Notes under the pieces: model-generated | The model's input: the letters and a program-made list of their open reading frames with translations, nothing else | Database searches by the model: none | Told to the model about the DNA's origin: nothing | Source of the DNA: a virus | IMG/VR virus record: IMGVR_UViG_3300044623_001092 | Strand: one strand, 5' to 3' | Length of the DNA: 64,000 nucleotides | Part shown: positions 30,445 to 39,607 of the stretch, in pieces | Numbering within the stretch: position 1 is the first letter of the stretch | Layout: each line of letters begins with the position of its first letter | Made by a program: the position numbers and the translations under genes

Positions 30445-32248
30445 ACTCGTCAATTTTAGGTGCCGCAACTACGGAATTGTTTATTAACCCATAACTATAA
30501 TTACTTCCTTCACCAATTAATCTGAAAATAATATCAATATAAGGATAATGTGCATTGTTTAAAAATGGGTAATCAACACCAATATTATCATTATCAACAT
30601 ATCCGTAAGGGTATATATCTCTCCAACGAAATTTATTATCATTTTGTGAAAAATACGCATAATCAGGTATACCAACCACATTCATGGGATTACCCTCCTC
30701 AACATAATCAGAATAAGCCCTAATTTTTACAGGATAAAGTGGTTTATAGTAGTAACCCTTGCAATTATCTCCAAATGGGTTTGAGTTAGGGGACACTCCA
30801 ATATTAAAATAATACGGATTAAATCTAAATTTATGATACATATCCGAAATAACTCGTTCTTCTTGACTGTAATCATTCCATTCACAATAATCCCCATCAA
30901 ACACATCACCTTTAGAAGGTGCGTTAACATAAGTAAAAGGTTTACCAGGTATTCCATACGGTGTGGTATAAGAACCCATAGTAAAATTAGTATTGGAATC
31001 GGGATTAGAGTTTCTCCACCAAGTATTTGACGCAGTTGGATTAATATTCAACGGATGTGTATTGAATTCCCATCCTTGTTTTAACCCATAAAACCCTCCA
31101 CCAGATTTAGTTAAACCAAATGTCCAACCAAGATACCCTTTCCATATTATTGAATAATATAGTTCACTAATCGGTCGTTTATGATTATCAATTATAGTTG
31201 ACGTATCAATATCATCACTAAATGATGAAGTGTACACAGTGCTACCATTTTTAATAGAAATACGACTTTGTTTATTTGGTGATATATTACTACTTATAAG
31301 TTTTCTATTAGATTTAAAAATTTGTTGTTCAAATCCTGACTTACCTAAAACAATACTATCCTCATCAGTCAATATTTTATGTTGTCTGACATAATATGTC
31401 GACATAGTTTCACCACTGTTCGTTATGTCAATTATACGTTTAAATGTACCCGTTTGATTATTAGTAAAAGTCGTACCCGTAAAACCAACATTATATATAT
31501 TGAAAATATATTCATTAGTACCATAGAATGGGTCACCTAACGAGTAAACCTGAAAAGAATCTATACCATCATAATTAAAACTTAATTTAACAAATTCACC
31601 AACCGATAAACCATGAGCAACAGGACACCTAAAGGAAATTACAGGTTGAGATTGGTCACTACCTTGACTAACAACAAATGGTATTCCATCCGAGGATACC
31701 CAATTTAACCCAACATTTGCAATTTCATCAAAATATGACATTTTTTTATTATATAAATTATCATAAACATAACTCACATAAATCGACCAATTATATGTGT
31801 AAGCACTTTTGTTAATGAAATCTAAATGCTTAATATTACCACTATCGTTAGTCGTATAACCTGAGATATCATTATCAATCCTTACAAAATCAAACTCATA
31901 AAATTGTGGAAACCCACTAAATAATACAGTCGAACCACTAGTACATATTTTATACGCTAACGACTTTTCATTTTCATAATATAAACTTGATTTATATGGG
32001 TAATAATTTGTGGTTCCCATATACACATTATTAAACAATAAAGACATTTTACTAATCGGTCTAAATATAGTCGACGCTTGTCTTTCATCATCATATATCT
32101 GTTGTAAATCAATACTAATATTTCTATCAAATTCAACATTTTCTTTATATGTTTGTACTAAAGGTACTTTAAACAATAAATTTAAGTCAGGAGCTGATTT
32201 ATATCTCAAAGACCCTAATACAACTCTATATTCTATTCTTTCACTCAT
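30437..32248 (-). CDS. hypothetical structural protein (603 aa)
   Basis: Coupled ORF in the baseplate operon, aromatic and beta-rich. Confidence 0.7.
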   Translation of the reverse strand: MSERIEYRVVLGSLRYKSAPDLNLLFKVPLVQTYKENVEFDRNISIDLQQIYDDERQASTIFRPISKMSLLFNNVYMGTTNYYPYKSSLYYENEKSLAYKICTSGSTVLFSGFPQFYEFDFVRIDNDISGYTTNDSGNIKHLDFINKSAYTYNWSIYVSYVYDNLYNKKMSYFDEIANVGLNWVSSDGIPFVVSQGSDQSQPVISFRCPVAHGLSVGEFVKLSFNYDGIDSFQVYSLGDPFYGTNEYIFNIYNVGFTGTTFTNNQTGTFKRIIDITNSGETMSTYYVRQHKILTDEDSIVLGKSGFEQQIFKSNRKLISSNISPNKQSRISIKNGSTVYTSSFSDDIDTSTIIDNHKRPISELYYSIIWKGYLGWTFGLTKSGGGFYGLKQGWEFNTHPLNINPTASNTWWRNSNPDSNTNFTMGSYTTPYGIPGKPFTYVNAPSKGDVFDGDYCEWNDYSQEERVISDMYHKFRFNPYYFNIGVSPNSNPFGDNCKGYYYKPLYPVKIRAYSDYVEEGNPMNVVGIPDYAYFSQNDNKFRWRDIYPYGYVDNDNIGVDYPFLNNAHYPYIDIIFRLIGEGSNYSYGLINNSVVAAPKIDECE

Positions 32249-35200
32249 TAATATGTAATATCATCAAAATCAAACCAAGATTCTGCAAATTTATCATAAG
32301 CAGTTTTACCTTGTTTTAATCCAAAGTAAAAATGATATGGAGCACCTACCGTAATCGAATCAGGTGATGGTGAATTTCTATCCCAAGTGGTTATGTCAGC
32401 CGAAAGTTGTCCTGAACTATCAACCGAATAAATATACCCTTTAAAATAATTAGTTTGATTCAGGTTAGTTGTTCTAAAATATCTTGAACTTTTTTCTAAT
32501 CTATCCAACTCTTGATATTTGTGTTTAAAAAATACGTTACCAGTTGCAACACCGTCAGTGTCCCAATCATTATCTTGAGTACCAAAAACATTATCTTTGA
32601 ACCCATTTCTCTGTTTAATAGTCCATTGATAATACGGTACTTCTTGTGAAAATGTCGGAATATCCTCTAACCCACAATTATCTGAAACATTACCAACACC
32701 TGTATATATAATTCTCTTAGGAGTTAAATAATCTCTCGCCTGTGTATCAGAATTATAAAAAACACCAAAAACACTCCCTTTACCAAATTTAGTAAAAGAA
32801 AAAATCGAGTTTCCACTATAATAACCAGGTTCAAAAGGAACTATACCCATTTCAGAATTAATTGACAACATTTGAGCTAAATCACCATCAATACCTTGTT
32901 TAGGTCGACTAAAAAACGAGTTTATACCACCTATATTAGTACTATTAGCAATTCTCAACGTAATAAATAAACTAAGTATATCTTCAATACCATTATATGA
33001 TGTAGGGCCAAGTTTATCCATAACGTACCCTTTATATTTATTCGATAATGAAACCTCCTCTAAAAATTTTTGTTTTGGTCCTAAATCCATCATAGTTGTT
33101 GGAAACATTAAATTACGTTTGTTACCATTATTATTTCCCGAATCTTGACCAACAAATTCATTACTATATGAATATGGTGCGCTTCTATAATAATAATTCC
33201 CATTAGTACTATCAAAAACCATAGTATCAACACAATATTTAGAAAACGGTTGATTTTCATCATCAAAAAATGTTGTATTTTTGAATGGGAATGCGTATAA
33301 AGTACCATTAATCCAATTATTGGTAAACATGAATGAAAAGATTTCACGACAAACCCCATACATAATTGTTTGTCGTTTATACCATTCAGCTAAATAAAAG
33401 AAATCCTCAAACATACTTAAAATTGGTATTCTTACGAAAACATAACAACCCCCTTCCATAATCGGTTTTTTTCCAATTAATGAGGTAAAACAGGCACTAT
33501 CAGACTCTTTTATGGTCACTTGACCGTCAGGATTATCACCAACATAACAACCTAACGGAACCATCCCATCACATTGAAGACTAGCCAATACATCACTACC
33601 ACCTAAATCTTCTGTAACATCATCAAAATTAGAATCAAAACTAACTTGTGATAAATCAAATGTAGTTGTCTCACCACCTCCATTTGGGCTATAAATCATT
33701 AAGTTACCGTTTTCCATCAAAACACAATTATTTCCTGAATTATTTAATTCCGAGGTTGATGAAGGTAATCTATCCGACCTCATAATAATTTGACGACCAC
33801 TCGACCCCAAATTAAACACCATAGTTAAAGTTCCGTAAATTTTAGAATATAAACTACTAGTATCATAAGGATTTGTTGCTACTGGAGATGGTGGATAATT
33901 AAATACCACTTGTAATGATAAAACTGAACCACCTTCAACTTGTTCATTAGGGAAATAACCTCTATTATTACCAGTTGTTTGTGAATTAGTACTAGGAGAA
34001 TAATAATAACAACTAGACGGACCCAATTGAATATTCCATTCCTTAGCCATGTCATTATTCAAACTAACCGCAATACCTCCTGCAGATGGTATAGTTGTCG
34101 ATAGTGGAGGTGTTAATGATTGGTGTGTTTCATCTAAACTTGAGTAATATTTAGTCATTGTTGTTGTAAACGCACTAAATTGATTACCTGGTAAATATTG
34201 ATAAGAATCATAAAACAATGTCTGATTAGAATAGGTATCTACCGTAGAACTATTAGCGATTATTGCTGGTGAATTATGTTTAACATTACGTAATTTACCT
34301 TGTATTGGAATATTTAAGTTAAAATCTCCAACAACAATTGAGTTAGAATTACCAAACGATGAATGACCATATAACTTACTTAAATCATAACTACATTTTC
34401 TTTTACTAGTGTTTGGGTCAACCCCTCTAACCATAAAAACCAAACTTTGACCACTAAAAGATTTAAAACAACTAACAGGTGAAAAATTAAAGTTATCACT
34501 ACAATTTAAAAAATCACTATTAATATAAATCGAGTAAGCATAATTATTAATAAAACGAAAAGGTAATGAATTTGGTAAAGCCGTTGATGATAAAGTTAAG
34601 AAATCGTTAATTGTTTGAACCTTAATCACTTGGAAATATTCAATATCCATCGGATAGTTCGAATATGTAACATCTTCAGTAAATGCGGTAAACGTATATA
34701 ATGAATTAGGTGGTGAAATTGTACCACCATTATTAGGGTTAGCATAACTAACTTGTCTTGTAAATTGATTCACATTCGCAATTAATGTTGGTGTACCAAT
34801 TGTCGACCCTGTTATTGAGTTCGTTGAATATATATTAGTTGTCGCACCCGTTAAATTAATATCCATTGATTTTGTCGGGTCAGTAAATGTGTAAATTCCA
34901 CCAACTTCATATCTATCAATAAAATTTGGGTCAACAGGGACACAAATCACATTATCTAAATGCCAAGTAGTCCCCGAATTATTCAAATTAACATCAAAAG
35001 TAACTTTAATTTGGTTTACACCACCTCCAGGTGTTACTGTTGGATTAAAGTATTTTGCTTTAGTATTGAATAAGTTTAGTCTGTTTGATAATGTTAAACT
35101 TGAACTAAAAACGTATTTATCACCTACACCACTCAATTGATGTAATCCTTGAGATTTATTACCCTTACCCGCTAAAAGTTCCGAATAAATTACAGGTTGT

Positions 35201-37143
35201 GAACCACAGTTATATGCCGAGGTATCATAAAATCTACTAATTACACCCGAACTTCCTAAACTCTGTTGACTAGCATTTATTGAGTTTGTAGTAGCATTAG
35301 GTGGTGGTGTTAAATCAGTCGAAGCTTGCATACCTTTTTCACAGTTTTCACAATCAGGATAAGATAATAAACATACATGTATTCTAAATTCAGTACATAG
35401 ACTAACCATCGCTTTTGCGGCATCAAATATTCCTTGTGCAGAATCTTTTATGTCTTGACCTTTACTACCCGTACCAGGTATACTATCAATAATGGCTCCA
35501 ATAGCGTAAATAATTCCACCAATAACATATAAAACAACCGCAAGTATGGGAAATAAAATACACGCTATAAGTTTTAAAACGTGAAGTACCATTAATAAGG
35601 AGAAAATTGTGGGGAAAAATAATATCATGAATATCATGTACAATGTATACAGAAAATCAGGTTGGTGTTGACCATCATTAATCGGAAATTTAACATTATC
35701 AGATTCACATGTTGTATCAGTAATAAATTTAATACCAATAAATTTTTTCTTATTAACACCTTGTCTATATTGTGATATTAGACTTGAAACTGTATACACT
35801 TTGTTATACACCATTTCATAAAATTTATCTTTACAATCAATAGCATCAATTATCATTTGTTGACCAAAAGTAGTAGTATCATCCCCATAATCATCCCAAT
35901 TTACACTAAACGAATATGAACGCATCCTATCCGAGGCACCACCAGGAACAGGACCACTAGACGACCAACCATACTCTCTAATGTTTGGGACCAAATAATA
36001 CCCTCGTTTAACTGAGGCACTTAAAGATGGTGATTGATTCCACTTTACTTTGAACCTGTACTTACCTTTAGTTGGGACCCCAATACTAGGGTCGGTTGAT
36101 ATAACTTGTTGACCAAATTCATTTGTGGTTACATAATCCAAGTTCATTGGTACATTTACCATCCAAACACCATTCTCATCAATAACTTGACCACCATTAT
36201 CTAATTGGAAATTTTCTAATGAGGGTCTACCTTTACTATCTAAATTTATTGTTTGTCGAATAGCTTTAATTTGACCCGTTCCCGTAATTAACGAACATTG
36301 TTGACCCATTTTTCTTTTGGGTTTACATTTAGTACTAATTGATGATTCATCAATGTCTGAAATCATAGAACCCATATAAATCGCAACAGGATTTATTCGA
36401 ATATTAGCTTGTTCAGAAATATCAAAATCAGTCCTTGTTATACCAATACTACATAATTCAGGTTCACCCCATAATGGTTCAACTTCAACATTACGAGAGA
36501 ATGATAGTATCTGAGGTAATGAATTTAAGTTAGTTGAAGATTTAAAACTATTACCATCAACCATAGAAGATGTTGCCAAACCCATTGAAATTAAATCATT
36601 AGGTGTTAATGAAAATTCACCAATATCTGACAAATCCAAATCAACAAATAATGTTTGAGGTCCTGTAGGTACACCAAATATCATAAAATCACCACTATCA
36701 TTAGTCACAGTAGTATATCTATAATATTTGTCATAAACTTCTATTAATGTTGGGTCAGTTATAACATCTTCTCTATCAAAAAAAGTCCCTGTCGGAGTGT
36801 GTCCATTATATGATGGTGCATAAGGTAATAAATTATATCTATACCCATCTTCATTTTGGTCCGTTATTACTCTATAAGGGTATATCTCGGAAATAATCGG
36901 ATTATCCGCATCTTGTTCGGATAACGGTATAAATACAGAAACTCTGGCATTAGGTAACCCTAAACCATTATTCACACTAACCCTACCAATAACTACCCCA
37001 TAATCCGAGCATTGTCTTGTATAGATTTGGTCTTGTAATATTTTTAATGATAATATCTCAAGATATTCAAATTCTTGGTCAATTGTTACTTTTAATGATT
37101 TATCTACTCCAGGTGTTGTTCTTATTCTGTAAGAATTTGACAT
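32248..37143 (-). CDS. large baseplate-associated protein with N-terminal Ig-like (carboxypeptidase-regulatory-like) domain and internal hydrophobic hairpin
   Basis: GVVIGRV....GLGLPNARVSVF...TNDSGDFMIFGVP.G; about 55-aa hydrophobic segment near aa 498-555. Confidence 0.7.
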   Translation of the reverse strand: MSNSYRIRTTPGVDKSLKVTIDQEFEYLEILSLKILQDQIYTRQCSDYGVVIGRVSVNNGLGLPNARVSVFIPLSEQDADNPIISEIYPYRVITDQNEDGYRYNLLPYAPSYNGHTPTGTFFDREDVITDPTLIEVYDKYYRYTTVTNDSGDFMIFGVPTGPQTLFVDLDLSDIGEFSLTPNDLISMGLATSSMVDGNSFKSSTNLNSLPQILSFSRNVEVEPLWGEPELCSIGITRTDFDISEQANIRINPVAIYMGSMISDIDESSISTKCKPKRKMGQQCSLITGTGQIKAIRQTINLDSKGRPSLENFQLDNGGQVIDENGVWMVNVPMNLDYVTTNEFGQQVISTDPSIGVPTKGKYRFKVKWNQSPSLSASVKRGYYLVPNIREYGWSSSGPVPGGASDRMRSYSFSVNWDDYGDDTTTFGQQMIIDAIDCKDKFYEMVYNKVYTVSSLISQYRQGVNKKKFIGIKFITDTTCESDNVKFPINDGQHQPDFLYTLYMIFMILFFPTIFSLLMVLHVLKLIACILFPILAVVLYVIGGIIYAIGAIIDSIPGTGSKGQDIKDSAQGIFDAAKAMVSLCTEFRIHVCLLSYPDCENCEKGMQASTDLTPPPNATTNSINASQQSLGSSGVISRFYDTSAYNCGSQPVIYSELLAGKGNKSQGLHQLSGVGDKYVFSSSLTLSNRLNLFNTKAKYFNPTVTPGGGVNQIKVTFDVNLNNSGTTWHLDNVICVPVDPNFIDRYEVGGIYTFTDPTKSMDINLTGATTNIYSTNSITGSTIGTPTLIANVNQFTRQVSYANPNNGGTISPPNSLYTFTAFTEDVTYSNYPMDIEYFQVIKVQTINDFLTLSSTALPNSLPFRFINNYAYSIYINSDFLNCSDNFNFSPVSCFKSFSGQSLVFMVRGVDPNTSKRKCSYDLSKLYGHSSFGNSNSIVVGDFNLNIPIQGKLRNVKHNSPAIIANSSTVDTYSNQTLFYDSYQYLPGNQFSAFTTTMTKYYSSLDETHQSLTPPLSTTIPSAGGIAVSLNNDMAKEWNIQLGPSSCYYYSPSTNSQTTGNNRGYFPNEQVEGGSVLSLQVVFNYPPSPVATNPYDTSSLYSKIYGTLTMVFNLGSSGRQIIMRSDRLPSSTSELNNSGNNCVLMENGNLMIYSPNGGGETTTFDLSQVSFDSNFDDVTEDLGGSDVLASLQCDGMVPLGCYVGDNPDGQVTIKESDSACFTSLIGKKPIMEGGCYVFVRIPILSMFEDFFYLAEWYKRQTIMYGVCREIFSFMFTNNWINGTLYAFPFKNTTFFDDENQPFSKYCVDTMVFDSTNGNYYYRSAPYSYSNEFVGQDSGNNNGNKRNLMFPTTMMDLGPKQKFLEEVSLSNKYKGYVMDKLGPTSYNGIEDILSLFITLRIANSTNIGGINSFFSRPKQGIDGDLAQMLSINSEMGIVPFEPGYYSGNSIFSFTKFGKGSVFGVFYNSDTQARDYLTPKRIIYTGVGNVSDNCGLEDIPTFSQEVPYYQWTIKQRNGFKDNVFGTQDNDWDTDGVATGNVFFKHKYQELDRLEKSSRYFRTTNLNQTNYFKGYIYSVDSSGQLSADITTWDRNSPSPDSITVGAPYHFYFGLKQGKTAYDKFAESWFDFDDITY

Positions 37144-37213
37144 AATAATCTTTTAACATAAATAGTTTATATACTATTTTTAAAAATAGATGATTATGAA
37201 TAAAAATAAATTA

Positions 37214-39052
37214 TCAACTGAAATTAACTGTTGATAGATTTTTAACCCTTACATTAATATCTTTGTTAGAATATCTAATTTGGTAAGTTTGATTTGGTTC
37301 CGCGAATATAGTATCGTCAACCAACTCAATCTCTTTTGTTTCATTATCAACATATCTTTGTGATGTTTGAGACGATGAATATTGACCACCAACTTTATTA
37401 AATACTTTAATATCCGATAATGATATTACTCCATTCTGACTTTGTATTTGTCGTCTAATTTCCGATAAATTAACATTCTGACCCATTTGTCGATTAGACG
37501 GTTCAAAGTATGTTGAAACTAAAGTAATGATTTGTGAAATAACCGCCCCTTGTGTTTGACTACTATCCAATACAACATCAATATTTAATCCCAAATCAAT
37601 CACATTTGCGGATTCTATTGAGATATAATCGTTTATCATCCTATAGTTTGATAGATAGTTAGCAATATTACTTTTTAACGTATTAGAAACAACCTCACTC
37701 AATGTTCCCGATTCATCGTAAGCCAATATTTGTATTTTGATTTTGTTATTTTCTTCAGTGATAGCAACTTTAGCAGGTGCCCCAAATTGAGATGGCATTG
37801 TTCTAATAATTGAATCGTAGTCGTTTACTGTTACCGCCCTTTTTTGTGCCGCAAAGTTAAATGAAACCAAATTTCGAACTTCTTCCATAGTAGGGAAATT
37901 AGCCCCACCAATTGCCGCAGTTACGTTAGTACAACCAAGTGAATTAACCACAGTTGTATTAATTGATTGTGATGGACCATTAACAAAGAATGATACGGTT
38001 CCAATTTGAGAAATAACGTTAACACCAACATTAGTTCCTGTACCACCACCAACTCTATACTGTACAAACAACGTAGAATTACCTTTTAATGTACTACCTA
38101 ACGCCAAGTTATTAGAATACTTGTATAAATCCAATTTAAACCCATTTCTAGCAAATTCTCTTAACTGTTCGTCAGCAGATTGACTACCACCACCAAATGT
38201 CATTTTTAAGAAACCTTCAGGTGTGAATTCTGAAATAAACTTATCACTTGTTGCAATATATTTACCAACTTTAATACCTGGTTTATCGGATACTTTTGTT
38301 GGGTCCTCAATGAAAACTCTATCCTCAGCTAACGCACTTACCTCATACCATCTATTTTCTAATCCCAAAAACTCTTGTGCCGACGGTACATTAGTATATT
38401 GTGTACCATCCTTCAATAAAAGACTAGTAATACCTAACACATTTTTATCAGGTAAAAACATTTCATAAAAAGGTTTAACATCATTGGCAGTTATAACTTT
38501 TTTGAATACCTTTGTAAGACCATTAACAACTGTTTCTCTTTTAACAATAGTGTAATTAAGTAATTTGTTATTAGAATCAAAATTAGGGATTTTTTTTCTG
38601 TTAGGGTACCCATCAGCATTAGTTGGGGATGTAAAATCAATATCATAAACCGTTTCAAAACTTTGTCCCGCACCATTCACCTGAGAACCACGTCTCAATA
38701 TACCACAATATCTTAAATCCTCCTTATCACCAAACGCAGGAACTGTAATTGAAAAATCAACTAAAGCAACCGAAGGTCTTTGACCTGGTATCTTCAATCC
38801 ATAAGTTCTAGCAATATTAAATATTGAAGAAGGTTGTTGAGCGTATTGTAACACTGTTTCCTGAATACTTCTATCAATATTAAATTGTAAGTTATCGGTA
38901 ACCGCAGCATTTAAATCTAATAATACGGAGAATACCGACGCATCATTAAAGTTATCAACTAAATCAGGATAATACGTTTTAGTGAAGTTTATTAATTCAG
39001 TTCTTATTGATTGAAAATCTCTAGTCGTATAAGATATTTTTTTATTAGCCAT
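37214..39052 (-). CDS. baseplate wedge subunit, T4 gp6/baseplate J-like
   Basis: RDFQSIRTELINF...DFNDAS-like, IARTYG, YRVGGG, AAIGGA, QKRAVTVNDY motifs. Confidence 0.9.
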   Translation of the reverse strand: MANKKISYTTRDFQSIRTELINFTKTYYPDLVDNFNDASVFSVLLDLNAAVTDNLQFNIDRSIQETVLQYAQQPSSIFNIARTYGLKIPGQRPSVALVDFSITVPAFGDKEDLRYCGILRRGSQVNGAGQSFETVYDIDFTSPTNADGYPNRKKIPNFDSNNKLLNYTIVKRETVVNGLTKVFKKVITANDVKPFYEMFLPDKNVLGITSLLLKDGTQYTNVPSAQEFLGLENRWYEVSALAEDRVFIEDPTKVSDKPGIKVGKYIATSDKFISEFTPEGFLKMTFGGGSQSADEQLREFARNGFKLDLYKYSNNLALGSTLKGNSTLFVQYRVGGGTGTNVGVNVISQIGTVSFFVNGPSQSINTTVVNSLGCTNVTAAIGGANFPTMEEVRNLVSFNFAAQKRAVTVNDYDSIIRTMPSQFGAPAKVAITEENNKIKIQILAYDESGTLSEVVSNTLKSNIANYLSNYRMINDYISIESANVIDLGLNIDVVLDSSQTQGAVISQIITLVSTYFEPSNRQMGQNVNLSEIRRQIQSQNGVISLSDIKVFNKVGGQYSSSQTSQRYVDNETKEIELVDDTIFAEPNQTYQIRYSNKDINVRVKNLSTVNFS

Positions 39053-39058
39053 AATTTT

Positions 39059-39514
39059 TTATATATTAATAATTACAAAGTCACTTGGGTTAAATGCGTC
39101 ATTAGTTACGACATAATCAATCCTAACTTTAGCGGTATGTTCTTTTTCGGAAATTCCTGGTACTCTAAATACTCTTTCATCCCCATCTACATAAGTACCT
39201 TTATCTTCCTCACCATCAGATGCTGCTTTGACACTAATACTTGTTATTTTAAGATTTGGTAAATATTCATCAACAGAATCTCTAATTTCGGATTCTATTT
39301 CTGAAAATGTTGGACCATCAAGTGGTTCAAAAATATATTCATATAATCTTGTACCAAAATCAGGTAAATAATACCTTGTCCCCTTTCTTGTTAATAAAAG
39401 GTGAATCAAACTACTTCTAATCTCTTCTTCATTCGTTTGAGATAAATCTAAATATTTACCGTCAAAAGAATCTCTAAAAGGGAAGTTAATACCGTATGTA
39501 TTTCCATTTGCCAT
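39059..39514 (-). CDS. baseplate wedge subunit / sheath initiator, T4 gp25-like
   Basis: GINFPF...IRSSLIHLLLTRKGTRYYLPDFGT.LY.YIFEP. Confidence 0.9.
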   Translation of the reverse strand: MANGNTYGINFPFRDSFDGKYLDLSQTNEEEIRSSLIHLLLTRKGTRYYLPDFGTRLYEYIFEPLDGPTFSEIESEIRDSVDEYLPNLKITSISVKAASDGEEDKGTYVDGDERVFRVPGISEKEHTAKVRIDYVVTNDAFNPSDFVIINI

Positions 39515-39563
39515 ATTATATAAATATAATGTTATAATATTTCCAATAAATAGATATAAAATA

Positions 39564-39592
39564 AAAAACTCTCGACAGTGTCGAGAGTTTTT
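39564..39592. terminator. bidirectional intrinsic terminator after nrdA
   Basis: Perfect inverted repeat AAAAACTCTCGACA-G-TGTCGAGAGTTTTT. Confidence 0.8.
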
Positions 39593-39607
39593 AAAACTTA
39601 AATTATC

